From an archaeon (GTDB lineage: Archaea > Asgardarchaeota > Heimdallarchaeia > Heimdallarchaeales > JAJRWK01), in the NCBI GenBank assembly GCA_024276795.1, contig JAJRWK010000272.1, positions 1-50,482 on the forward strand: 50,482 nt of DNA, read 5' to 3'. Position numbers and translations under genes: made by a program. Under the pieces are notes generated by a model. It did no database searches and had not been told where the DNA came from. It was given only the letters and a program-made list of their open reading frames with translations. Positions within the stretch are counted from its first letter, which is position 1. Each line of letters starts with the position of its first letter. This document shows, one piece after another, positions 37,316 through 46,491 of this stretch.

Positions 37316-38620
37316 TCAGATGAATAATTGTATCCCTAGAACTCCAATAGAAACGAAAAGTATGAATGAACCGAAGACAGACCATTTCTTGCTTGGTACA
37401 GAGATTGTATCTAATGGACTGAGAGTTTTCGTGAGTAAATGCATAAGAGCGAGTATGATCCCGAAGACATAGTCGATATAGAGAAGCATGCTTATAGTGG
37501 CCAAAACAAGCCCTAGGTACTCATATTTGCCAACTAATCCTCTTGCAATGTTTCCTCCTAACATTGTTCCAACTGGAAGTGCCTGAAAAACAGTAAACAG
37601 CAAAAATGTAATTCCAGCGAGTTCGATAGGATTTAGCCCATTTGTTCCAGAAAAGGATCCAAAAGCATTTTGCATGATTCTTACCTGAGCAGGAAATAGG
37701 TTGTCTCCCTGATTTGCAATAGGTTTAACAAGATTCTTAGGTAGAATAGAATTCAACAAGATTCCTGCGAACAGATATACCATGCCAATGACGGACCAAG
37801 CAGATAAAAGATAAAGAGAGTCTTTCATTGCTTGCTCTCGATTCTGTGGTGGAGTGCGGTATTCAACGAGGAAAGCAAAAATACCTACAGGATAATGTGG
37901 AATCGAGGGGAGAACTATAAAGGATCTTTCACCAAGGTTACGTTTTGTTTTTTCAAGCTTGAAAGCAAGCCCTAATCCGAGCAAATAACCAATCAAGTGT
38001 AACAATATTATGAGAAGCATGGCGGAAAAATTACTCCAGAGTAAGTCAAAACTGAGCCTGGTGTTTTCAGTTTGAGTTAACAGTATCCAAGAATAAGAAG
38101 CAATCGCCCCTGCAACGGTGAGAAAGAATGCTGTGATAACGTGAAACCAAGTTGGAGTCATGGATGAAGGTACTTGCTTCAGAAAAATGACGATCTTGTC
38201 TTTGACGAAGGGGTCTTTCCTTGCTGCCGGAACAATTGTGGGACTTATTCTGGAAAGCTCCTCCTGTAACCCGTTAAACCGTGAATTAAATGAATCTAGG
38301 ATTTCCCCATTTGCTGGTACCCTGAAGCCAATTTCGCTCGTAATAATCATTGCTTCAACAGGGAAGAATTTTTCGATAACTTCCCGTACAAACCCTACGT
38401 TGACTGTTATTTTTTTTGTTGTCTGAGTCGCTGGAAACGCCAAATCTAAATTATTAATGCTCTTGTGAAATTCTTCTTGGGTGGTGCTTCCAGCACCTTG
38501 GGCGAGAGCATTTTGCCCTATTTCTCGGATTTCTGCTCCGCAGTGAATGCACTTTGGCGGGGGGGTTTTTTCATAACAGTTCCAACAAATCAAGTCCTCG
38601 TGTTTGTTGCTCTCGCTCAT
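37316..38620 (-). CDS. site-2-protease (M50)-like membrane protein with N-terminal zinc ribbon; metal-binding motifs degenerate
   Basis: Zinc ribbon CWNCYEKTPPPKCIHCGAE. M50-like blocks are LLHLIGYLLG (in place of HExxH), FIVLPSIPHYPVGIFAFLVEYRTPPQNREQAM ('f.P.iP...GtfGA.i.....p.R') and FQALPVGTMLGGNI (in place of NxxPxxxLDG). Start set at the ATG at 38620 (MSESNKHED...). Confidence 0.55.
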   Translation of the reverse strand: MSESNKHEDLICWNCYEKTPPPKCIHCGAEIREIGQNALAQGAGSTTQEEFHKSINNLDLAFPATQTTKKITVNVGFVREVIEKFFPVEAMIITSEIGFRVPANGEILDSFNSRFNGLQEELSRISPTIVPAARKDPFVKDKIVIFLKQVPSSMTPTWFHVITAFFLTVAGAIASYSWILLTQTENTRLSFDLLWSNFSAMLLIILLHLIGYLLGLGLAFKLEKTKRNLGERSFIVLPSIPHYPVGIFAFLVEYRTPPQNREQAMKDSLYLLSAWSVIGMVYLFAGILLNSILPKNLVKPIANQGDNLFPAQVRIMQNAFGSFSGTNGLNPIELAGITFLLFTVFQALPVGTMLGGNIARGLVGKYEYLGLVLATISMLLYIDYVFGIILALMHLLTKTLSPLDTISVPSKKWSVFGSFILFVSIGVLGIQLFI

Positions 38621-38681
38621 AAGCAATCTGATCTCAACTGAAAAGAATAATAAGGATTGACACTCAGACAATACGAGGAGC

Positions 38682-39161
38682 ATGGAAATTTCCGAAGTCT
38701 TGATACGCAAACCAACGATGGAGGATGTTCACCAAATAGTCCACATAAACCGGGTCTGCTTACCCGAAAACTATTCTCTCCAATACTTTATTAGCATCAT
38801 TCAAAAATACAAAGAATTTTCTGTCGTAGCTGAAGTCGATCACAAGGTTGTAGGGTACGTTCTAACACGAATCGAACGGATGACCAAGGGACTCGTCCCG
38901 TTTTCTGCCAAGCGAGGCCATGTGATTAGCGTTGCAGTCTTACCCGACTATAGAGGCAGAGGCATTGGTGCTCAAATGATGAGAAAAGTCATCGATAAGC
39001 TGAAGGAGGAGAATATGGAAGAAGTCATCCTAGAAGTCAGAGTTTCAAATACTATTGCAAGATCATTGTACTTCAAACTTGGTTTTCATGACGAGGATAT
39101 TCTAAGAAGATACTATTTGGATGGGGAAGATGCAGCATTGATGAAACTATCTTTAACATGA
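38682..39161 (+). CDS. rimI: N-alpha-acetyltransferase, archaeal Ard1/Naa10-like (RimI family GNAT)
   Basis: INRVCLPENY...VVGYVLTRIE...GHVISVAVLPDYRGRGIGAQMM...LEVRVSNTIARSLYFKLGF...YYLDGEDAALM closely parallels Sulfolobus Ard1 as I remember it. Confidence 0.85.
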   Translation: MEISEVLIRKPTMEDVHQIVHINRVCLPENYSLQYFISIIQKYKEFSVVAEVDHKVVGYVLTRIERMTKGLVPFSAKRGHVISVAVLPDYRGRGIGAQMMRKVIDKLKEENMEEVILEVRVSNTIARSLYFKLGFHDEDILRRYYLDGEDAALMKLSLT

Positions 39162-39197
39162 AAACATTGTTATCAGAAGCCATGATCGAATCACGAG

Positions 39198-39205
39198 AAA
39201 AAAAA
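39198..39205 (-). terminator. oligo-T tract (T8 on the minus strand) 5 nt after the ABC-2 permease stop
   Basis: A8 on the plus strand at 39198..39205, immediately downstream of the TAG at 39210..39212 (minus). Confidence 0.4.
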
Positions 39206-39209
39206 CATA

Positions 39210-40505
39210 CTACTGTGATTGGAAATGCCTCTTGGAATAAGTCATCAAGCCAGCAATCAAGTAGATACCAGAGAGGGTGCTCAGTAAAGTCAGGTCGAAC
39301 CATGAATTCTTTATCGACTGCTGCCCTAGTAGAATAGTTCTCATCAATCTGACAGCTGGTGTTGCGGGTAGGAAGTCAAGGACTCGAATCGTGTTCCCGC
39401 CCAGTAATTTTGCTGTCCACTTTAATTCGGGATTTGGAACAATGAAAAAGGAGCCAGCAAGAAATGCCATAGGAACGCTAATAATGTTTGCGAGGCCAAT
39501 TGCTGCTTCTGAGTTTTTTGCGATGCCGGCTAGGATAAAACCAATTCCTGTTATTCCAAACATAAGGATAACAGCAATGACAAAACCATACCAGAGTCTG
39601 GAACTTAGAGGAAAACCAAACATTACCCCGGTCAAGAACATTATTGGTAATTGTAGAAGAGAAAGTATCAATTGACTCAGTATCATCGAAGCAACGTATG
39701 TGCTACCACTGGCTTGAGTAATCTTTATTCGTCTCAGTAAGCCACTCTCAACATCTGTCATCGCTAGTGTAGTTATAGCAGAAAGAGTCTGAAGGATGCC
39801 AAAAATTACGAGACCAGGAAATATGTAGTCGAATACTGTGAGGCCTTGAGTAGTAAGTTCACTTTCAGTCGAAATGGTTACTCCTTTGACTTTAGAGGAA
39901 CCGAGTGAAAAAAACTCTTCTGTTATTTGTCTCAAAGCGGTGCTTGCGATCGAAAATTGCTGAAGTGTTTGATCCCCTTGAATAAAGATCTTGGTTGAAA
40001 AAGTGGGTTCGGGGTAGCCTTCCCAATTTTTTGTAATGTTTTGTAGTAAAGGATCATCTGCAAATATGTTCCTCAATGCAGCAAGGAATCCAATTGAGAA
40101 ATCGTTTGGAATTACTACTAGAGCCAAAATTCGTCGATTTTCAAGATCGGATTTAGCCAATTCAAGATTCGAGCTATTGTATTCTTGCACATTGAATAGT
40201 TTGGTAGTATTATTGGGGTAAGTAGCGTTTCCTATGATAGATATGAACCTATCAGAAAATCTGATGGCTGAGACAATCTTGCCTTGAAAAGGATCCAATA
40301 TCACTACACCGTTCGAGACCCCTTCATCATTGTTGATAATTCCAATGTCAATGGGGGAATTCAACGGATCACTAAATTGGAAAGCGATCCCAAACACACC
40401 AACGAAAATAAGTGGGAAGATAAGCAAGAAGAAGAAAGCCACTCGGTTCCGGTAAAACGATTTGAAGAAGCTAATTGTTAAAACGTAAAGCATTTTGTGT
40501 TGCAT
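39210..40505 (-). CDS. ABC-2 type transporter permease
   Basis: One N-terminal TM, a large extracytoplasmic loop, then about 5 C-terminal TM segments, which is the ABC-2 topology. Lies 18 nt downstream of the ABC ATPase gene. Confidence 0.7.
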   Translation of the reverse strand: MQHKMLYVLTISFFKSFYRNRVAFFFLLIFPLIFVGVFGIAFQFSDPLNSPIDIGIINNDEGVSNGVVILDPFQGKIVSAIRFSDRFISIIGNATYPNNTTKLFNVQEYNSSNLELAKSDLENRRILALVVIPNDFSIGFLAALRNIFADDPLLQNITKNWEGYPEPTFSTKIFIQGDQTLQQFSIASTALRQITEEFFSLGSSKVKGVTISTESELTTQGLTVFDYIFPGLVIFGILQTLSAITTLAMTDVESGLLRRIKITQASGSTYVASMILSQLILSLLQLPIMFLTGVMFGFPLSSRLWYGFVIAVILMFGITGIGFILAGIAKNSEAAIGLANIISVPMAFLAGSFFIVPNPELKWTAKLLGGNTIRVLDFLPATPAVRLMRTILLGQQSIKNSWFDLTLLSTLSGIYLIAGLMTYSKRHFQSQ

Positions 40506-40523
40506 CTTTTTTCCTCCTTGTAT

Positions 40524-41477
40524 CTACTCCCTAAGTTTCCTCCCCGTAAGCTTGATAAACACATCTTCCAAAGTTTCAGATCGAAGCGAGATATCCGCTA
40601 TTTTCTGTTTAAGGTCGTGTTGTTTCAGCAGTTCAAGGAGTTTCGAAAGATCATCTATGGCGTCATCGGTGTGGATCTGCAAGGAATGATTTGAATTCTT
40701 AACATCGGGCCAAATTTCTTTAACTTTAGCCTTAATCAGCGAAAACTCATCTGATGCTAAATCCCCCTTAACATGGATCTGTATGGTTTCGCCATGTCCA
40801 AATTTTCGCTTTAGCTCCTCTGGAGCATCTATTACTAAGTCCTTGCCATGATCGATAATAACAATTCTATCACTCAATTTATCAGCTACTTCCATTAGGT
40901 GGGTGGCAAGAACAATTGTCTTGTTTTCGCTTCTTACCAGTGATTTGACGCTTGACCAGAGAACTGCTCTGCTCTGTGGATCCATTCCTGCCGCGGGCTC
41001 ATCTAGGATAAGCAAATCAGGATCATGAAGTAATGCCAATGTAAGATTTAGCCGTCTTTTCTGTCCCCCCGATAACTGATCTGATCTCTGATGACGTATT
41101 TCGTCTAGTTCAAAAAGGTTAAAGAGCTCATCAATTCTTCTTTCGCAATTCTTAACATCATAAAGAGTAGCAAACAATTTAGCGTTTTCATAAACGGTCA
41201 GATGAGAGTAGAAGGAGAATTCCTGAGGCGCAACCCCTATTTTTTGCTTGATCTCTTTTCCATTATTCATTATTGATTTTCCAAAGATTGTGATTTTACC
41301 CTTTGTGGGTTTGAGAAGCCCAATCATCATATTCATTGTCGTTGTCTTACCTGCACCATTCGGACCAAGTAATCCAAATACTTCACCTTGCTCCACTTCT
41401 AACGATAATCCTTTAACAGCATGAATACCGTTGGAATATATCTTATGCACTTGCTCTAGTGAAATAATGCAACTCAT
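40524..41477 (-). CDS. ABC transporter ATP-binding protein
   Basis: Walker A GLLGPNGAGKTTT, signature LSGGQKRRL, Walker B LLILDEPAAGMD, and H-loop ATHLME. Confidence 0.9.
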   Translation of the reverse strand: MSCIISLEQVHKIYSNGIHAVKGLSLEVEQGEVFGLLGPNGAGKTTTMNMMIGLLKPTKGKITIFGKSIMNNGKEIKQKIGVAPQEFSFYSHLTVYENAKLFATLYDVKNCERRIDELFNLFELDEIRHQRSDQLSGGQKRRLNLTLALLHDPDLLILDEPAAGMDPQSRAVLWSSVKSLVRSENKTIVLATHLMEVADKLSDRIVIIDHGKDLVIDAPEELKRKFGHGETIQIHVKGDLASDEFSLIKAKVKEIWPDVKNSNHSLQIHTDDAIDDLSKLLELLKQHDLKQKIADISLRSETLEDVFIKLTGRKLRE

Positions 41478-41598
41478 TAAATCAAATAATCACACCTTAT
41501 TACATAAGGAAACTCTTTTTTTCTCATATAGAGTTATTCTTGCTGCAAAATACTTTGTCCCGCAAAGTAAATGCATAGTTTTTCAATTACCTCCCCGC

Positions 41599-42270
41599 AT
41601 GAATCTTGTGGTCGAATTATTCCAAGATCCTGAAGATTTTGAAGAACTTCTTCAGTATTTTCGCAGATTTAAGGCCTACGATGTCCTCAGATTTTACCAA
41701 TTTGAAGCGACAAGCTTGCTCATTTGGGGATTGTTAATTCTTGCCGCTGGTCTGTTAGACTACATGATTTCGCGACTGCTTGGCATTAACGGACCAAACG
41801 GGATCTCATGGTTATTCATAACAATTATTGGAGTAATCACAGACTGGTTTTTAGGTAAGAGCGTCTCGCTTTCCCCATTTTATCGACCAAAAGGCAATTC
41901 TTTCTTGCTTGCATTTTGGATGCTGGGGCTCTGGGGTTCGATAACGACCTTGATCGTTTTTTCTCTTTTTCAGTTCATAATGCCAGTAGTGGGCATAATC
42001 ATAGGGCTACTACTCATAAGTGTAGCTAATCAAAAGCCAGCAATATCCAGAGACTACTTTTTGCCTCCTCCCATAAGATATATCCCAAGCCTTGCTTCCT
42101 TTCTTAGCACAATTGTTAATTTGATTTTGCTAATTATCCGCGGAAATGACTCAGCGATTTATCATGGAATCGTGTTCGGGGTTTTGGTTGGGCTCTCGAC
42201 AGGATTTGTGGCTCTAAGCATACAAAAAAGAATAGAAACAGTAGACCTAGACCAAATAATGCGGGGTTGA
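41599..42270 (+). CDS. polytopic membrane protein, unknown function
   Basis: Start set at the ATG at 41599. About 6 hydrophobic segments. The upstream part of the track ORF overlaps the divergent ABC gene. Confidence 0.55.
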   Translation: MNLVVELFQDPEDFEELLQYFRRFKAYDVLRFYQFEATSLLIWGLLILAAGLLDYMISRLLGINGPNGISWLFITIIGVITDWFLGKSVSLSPFYRPKGNSFLLAFWMLGLWGSITTLIVFSLFQFIMPVVGIIIGLLLISVANQKPAISRDYFLPPPIRYIPSLASFLSTIVNLILLIIRGNDSAIYHGIVFGVLVGLSTGFVALSIQKRIETVDLDQIMRG

Positions 42271-42322
42271 ACATTTACATACTTTGATCAATTAGCTCTA
42301 TTTGGTATCTAGAGGTGTGCCA

Positions 42323-42652
42323 GTGAATCCACAATCACCTTCTTGGGACGATTTCCACAAAATCAATGAAGTAATTCATGTTCCTGCACGCCTAGCGATC
42401 TTATCTTTTCTCTTCCAACAAGAAAAAGCCAAATTCAATACTCTCAGAAAAGTTCTTGGTGTAACACCAGGCAATCTCTCTTCTCATTTGAAAAAACTTG
42501 AAATAAATGGTCTTGTTGAAATTGAAAAGAAATTCATAGATTCCAGACCAACCACGGTCATATATATTACAGAAAAAGGGCGCGAATCTCTCCAACATTA
42601 TGCCAATAAAATGGTTGAATTTTTGAGTAATCTTAAGAACAAGAAAGATTAA
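42323..42652 (+). CDS. winged-helix transcriptional regulator (HTH_34/ArsR-like)
   Basis: IHVPARLAILSFLFQQEKAKFNTLRKVLGVTPGNLSSHLKKLEINGLVEIEKKFIDSRPTTVIYITEKGRESL matches the 'h.p.RL.I...L......f..L...lg.T.GNLs.Hl.kLe..G.v...K.f...rp.T...iT..Gr' family. AGAGGTG at 42311..42317 favours the GTG at 42323; the track start at 42302 is a TTG. Confidence 0.8.
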   Translation: MNPQSPSWDDFHKINEVIHVPARLAILSFLFQQEKAKFNTLRKVLGVTPGNLSSHLKKLEINGLVEIEKKFIDSRPTTVIYITEKGRESLQHYANKMVEFLSNLKNKKD

Positions 42653-42817
42653 TTAAAACTTACTTGCAGAGACTGTGTTCAAAAAAATGCTCCAAAGACG
42701 AATTGTGACATGGATCTAGATTAACTTCTATCCGTTACGGAGAAGGCTTTTCAAAATGAAACCTCTGATAAATAAGAACCACGGACATGAAGCCATTCGA
42801 CGTCGACTTGCTAATGC

Positions 42818-43720
42818 TCATATTGAACTTCGTTGATCTAACACAATTCGGATGAATTCGAAAAATATGCTTAGGATGGTCGCTGTAATTATAGCCCAAG
42901 AAAAGTCTAGAAATTCTTGCAACAAAGCGTCTGAATCTACAAATGACAAAAATGCCATGAAGCTGAATGCCCCCATGAGCAACAAGCCACTGAAAAATCC
43001 AAGGATCTTTGGTAATTTGCCAGTGGTGAGCCTCTTCTCTTTTGGGAGAGCAAAAGCATCGAACAGAATGATGAGGCCAACGGCCATTGCGAATGAGAAG
43101 ATTATCAGCCCATGACGTTCAACAATGCCTAACATTGTTTCTCCGTTGTACAAGAAGGGGAGAACAGAGAAAGGCAGTAAGACAATCAGAGAAACAAAAA
43201 CCTCTAATGCCTTGAATGGCTGTTGTTCAACAACGAATAATACACCGATCAAAAGAAGTAGAACAGAAGCAATGGCATTTAGTGCCAGCATTTTGAATTC
43301 AATAGTTTCAAGATTATTTGCCCAATCGGCCACGGAACCTACCTGTAAGTTTTTCATAGTTACATAGTTCCACAAAAAGTCCAGAATGTTTGTACTTGTT
43401 TGAGCAGCGAAAATCCAACCAAGCAACCATGTAGTTACTGATAAGGTAGCGAGTAATTCAATTATTATGCGAAAGATACCGGCTTTGTCTTGATTATTCT
43501 CTGGCCTAAAGGACACGACTCTGATATCAGAGTCCTTTTTGACTGCTAAGTTTTGGTACTCCTCATTCAATCGTTCAAGGTATGCTTCTTGTTTTTCTTT
43601 TTCTTCAATAAGCTCAGGGGTTTTGCCGTGCGTCTTGAGTTTTTCCTCTAATTCTTTTAGCTTGTTTCTTGTTTCTTCAATTTCTAGGCGGATTTCATGC
43701 CGCATTCTTTTAGTACTCAT
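42818..43720 (-). CDS. membrane protein: N-terminal coiled coil plus ~6 TM segments, translationally coupled to the upstream ATPase
   Basis: The sequence TAA-GAGGAGCGGAG-TAA-ATG links the ATPase stop (43735..43737) to this ATG at 43720. The N-terminal 60 aa are charged heptad-like (EIEETRNKLKELEEKLKTHGK...). Confidence 0.7.
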   Translation of the reverse strand: MSTKRMRHEIRLEIEETRNKLKELEEKLKTHGKTPELIEEKEKQEAYLERLNEEYQNLAVKKDSDIRVVSFRPENNQDKAGIFRIIIELLATLSVTTWLLGWIFAAQTSTNILDFLWNYVTMKNLQVGSVADWANNLETIEFKMLALNAIASVLLLLIGVLFVVEQQPFKALEVFVSLIVLLPFSVLPFLYNGETMLGIVERHGLIIFSFAMAVGLIILFDAFALPKEKRLTTGKLPKILGFFSGLLLMGAFSFMAFLSFVDSDALLQEFLDFSWAIITATILSIFFEFIRIVLDQRSSI

Positions 43721-43734
43721 TTACTCCGCTCCTC

Positions 43735-45579
43735 TTACACAATTTTTCGCAATCTATCTATTTTATTTTGTAAGGCTGTTTTTGCATGCATAGGAGTTAG
43801 AGCCTCAGGATTATACCCAAGGAACCACTTTCTTTTTTCCCGGTCATAGGATAAGTATTCCCCTATTTCAAGTTCTGTAATTAGGCGTTTGATTTCTGGA
43901 GTCAGTAGATCTGCAAGAGGTGAAGATTGATCTAGACGTCTTAGTCTAAAGATAGCAACTTCGGAGTTGCTTAATACCCAGGGATCAAATTCTGGCAGCT
44001 GAGAAATGCTGATTTGGAATAGCCCGAATTTTCTTCCTTCTGAAGATATGCTTCGAACCCATTGACTGCCTGCAAGCCTCTGGGCTTCTTCGTTTACTAG
44101 AATTGTTTTTTGCTTGAGTCTGCCTTCAATTGCCATTTGTAAAAGATGTTTCATGATGGTTTCAATGACGATATTGGCAGTTTCTGTATCTCCTAGTTGA
44201 GCCCAAATAGCTATGATAGGAGGTTCTTCGGCATTACCAATTGGAAAAATTTTGTCTTCGTCCTTTTCCAATACCGCTTCTACTGCATCAATAATGAAGT
44301 TTCTAACCATTGGTCTTGTCTGTTCCTGAAATGTTTTCATCTTAGCTGCCAGGTCTTCTGGATTCATGCCCTTTTGAGCGAATAGTTGTTGCTGTTGTTG
44401 CATGAATTCTCTGGCTTGCTCGAATGTTTCTCCCAATTCTTCCAGTGGATAGTATAAGGATGCCTCTTCTTGCTCTTCGCCCCCAAACTGCACGATGTAG
44501 TCAGCAATATCTGCGTATTCAAAGTGGTGATCAAAGATTACTGTGGCTGTCTGTTGGATTCTTCTATTCTCTTTAATGACATGTCGCGCAAAAGTAGTCT
44601 TCCCACTACCTGTTTGCCCAACTACTGCAAGATGCGGAGGCCCTGCTGGATTTGCACCCAAAACAGGAGTATATGACACCTTACAATCGATCCCATGGTA
44701 ATTTCGAACTTTCAAGTATTTTCGGATCAGATCCTCGAGAACCTTGATTTGTGGGTCATCTAGGATTGTGTGGGGAATTATTTTTGAGGGGACGTGGCTA
44801 ATTTCGGGAAGATCAACAATGTCTTGAGACGAAGCGCGGATTTTTGCTTCTAGAGCCAAGAGCCTTTCCTCAAGATAGGAGAAATCAAAACTCACGTAGG
44901 GTCGTAGATTCCTCAAGACTCTGATAGCATCGGAGTAAAAGCCTAGGCCTCGTTCTCTTCGCTCGAGCATAAGCGCCAGTAAGGACAGAAAATCACGATA
45001 AATCTTGGTTGCGACCTTAGTTGAATCCCCTGAAAAAAGCTTAGAGAATAGTCCTTTCTTTGTTTCATCAATCTGAGTCCTTATTTCAGAGATTAGTTCG
45101 TCCTTTTTCTCTCTCGCATATTCGAGATATCTGATCCCGAAGTCGAGGTGATCCTCAAGTAATAGATTAACCATTATCTGCAGGATTTGTTCTATGGCTT
45201 CTACTCCTTCCGCCAATTCAAGCGCTTTTACACGAGCAGCTGTGGCCTCTGTCAGGTCAGCATTCAGTCTTTCCAGTATCCTTGCTTTGAATTGGTTGGC
45301 AAAAAGAATGAAGAATGGACCTAATTTAGCGAACTTAGGTGCATCTCGGTCGCCTTTTTCATCAACAACTTCCATTATTCTGACAAGTCGACGGCCTAAT
45401 GAGAGAGCATCTGCTCTCTTTCCAACGCTTTCAAAATAGAGAATGGCTTGTTCATAGTCTAAGAATCCTTCTATGAATTCTGATGGAAGTCCTCTAGCGA
45501 TAGCTCGTTTTATTCTTTCCTCGGCCTGTTTTGCTTTCTCTCTCATGTTTTCTTGGTAAGTACTCACTTGCTGTGTCAT
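43735..45579 (-). CDS. HerA/FtsK-superfamily (DUF87-like) P-loop ATPase with ~300-aa helical N-terminal domain
   Basis: Walker A VVGQTGSGKTT, Walker B-like KTILVNEEAQRL, and SSEGRKFGLFQISISQLP ('eGRK.G....l.sQrP') are typical of HerA/DUF87 ATPases. The N-terminal domain is helical, not a HAS barrel. Confidence 0.75.
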   Translation of the reverse strand: MTQQVSTYQENMREKAKQAEERIKRAIARGLPSEFIEGFLDYEQAILYFESVGKRADALSLGRRLVRIMEVVDEKGDRDAPKFAKLGPFFILFANQFKARILERLNADLTEATAARVKALELAEGVEAIEQILQIMVNLLLEDHLDFGIRYLEYAREKKDELISEIRTQIDETKKGLFSKLFSGDSTKVATKIYRDFLSLLALMLERRERGLGFYSDAIRVLRNLRPYVSFDFSYLEERLLALEAKIRASSQDIVDLPEISHVPSKIIPHTILDDPQIKVLEDLIRKYLKVRNYHGIDCKVSYTPVLGANPAGPPHLAVVGQTGSGKTTFARHVIKENRRIQQTATVIFDHHFEYADIADYIVQFGGEEQEEASLYYPLEELGETFEQAREFMQQQQQLFAQKGMNPEDLAAKMKTFQEQTRPMVRNFIIDAVEAVLEKDEDKIFPIGNAEEPPIIAIWAQLGDTETANIVIETIMKHLLQMAIEGRLKQKTILVNEEAQRLAGSQWVRSISSEGRKFGLFQISISQLPEFDPWVLSNSEVAIFRLRRLDQSSPLADLLTPEIKRLITELEIGEYLSYDREKRKWFLGYNPEALTPMHAKTALQNKIDRLRKIV

Positions 45580-45753
45580 CTGCTACCACGATCACTCGTT
45601 ACATACGGAAGGAACTAATTTGGATTTGATTTCCTTCCCTTTATAATTTTTAGTAGCTTTTTCAGAAATATCTTAATGGCAATAACTACCCGCTTGGCAA
45701 AATAAGACACGCCTAATCGTCACAAATGAAACAATTGATAGAAAATTCTAGCG

Positions 45754-46344
45754 TTAGAGTGAATTCCATCCCCTATGGCCACAACTTGAGCATCTATAGT
45801 ATACTCGCTCATTTTTGACTTCGATGTCGTCTTTTTTGGTGAGTAATTTCCCGCAATTCTTGCAAAGATCTGATCGACGAGCCTCCACTTTCTCCATGAG
45901 GGGCTGGAACGGCTTCCATTGACGAATCCTAGTGAGAATACACGTTTCACAAGAGAAGTCCCTGCACTCATCAAAGAATTCTTTGAGGGGAGTACGTGTG
46001 CACTTAATTCTTACGAAAAACTCGGTAGGAGTTGTTAAGACGAGATGATCTGAGAAAACATTGGGAACTGATCTGCGAATCAATTGAATCATTTCAAGGT
46101 TATAGATTTCGTTCTGAAAGAGGTAGTGTAGTCCTTGTTCAGCAGTAGGTCTTTCATTTGCAAGATCTTCGGTGAGAGCAAGAATTCTCATGGCTTGAGC
46201 GTGTGGAAACATTCGCGAAAGCACAACCATCAGGTCATTTTGGTTCTGCCCCATCAAGCGTTTCAGGAAGCGTTTTGTGAGAACCTCGGCGGATTCTTTG
46301 ATTTGGGAGGCACTCTCGGTCTGCTCTGGATCACTCATTATCAT
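45754..46344 (-). CDS. hypothetical protein with C-terminal Cys4 zinc ribbon
   Basis: CKNCGKLL...(17 aa)...CSSCGH, plus an upstream CRDFSCETC. A TATA-like AATAAATAAAAA lies about 25 nt upstream of the ATG. Confidence 0.6.
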   Translation of the reverse strand: MIMSDPEQTESASQIKESAEVLTKRFLKRLMGQNQNDLMVVLSRMFPHAQAMRILALTEDLANERPTAEQGLHYLFQNEIYNLEMIQLIRRSVPNVFSDHLVLTTPTEFFVRIKCTRTPLKEFFDECRDFSCETCILTRIRQWKPFQPLMEKVEARRSDLCKNCGKLLTKKDDIEVKNERVYYRCSSCGHRGWNSL

Positions 46345-46461
46345 TAGGTTTTCTCTTAACCTTTTTATTTATTGTGTGAAAAAACCCTCAGATTCGCAAA
46401 AAAGTATGTTTTGAATACTTATTGAGGAATTTCTTTGAGTGTTTTATCCAAAATGAACACG

Positions 46462-46486
46462 CAAAAATTCCCGAAGGGGTTTTTCG
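46462..46486 (-). terminator. hairpin plus oligo-T terminator-like element directly after top6A
   Basis: The minus strand reads GAAAAACCCCTTCGGGAATTTTTGC starting 6 nt after the TAA at 46492..46494. Two further T6 runs follow before the next gene. Confidence 0.45.
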
Positions 46487-46491
46487 AGAGA

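Noticed and set aside
38559-38571. G7T6 homopolymer pair inside the S2P-like gene (encoding KTPPPK of the zinc ribbon), considered as a frameshift or slippage site.
   Set aside because: The reading frame is intact across it and the zinc-ribbon Cys spacing is normal. There is no evidence of disruption.
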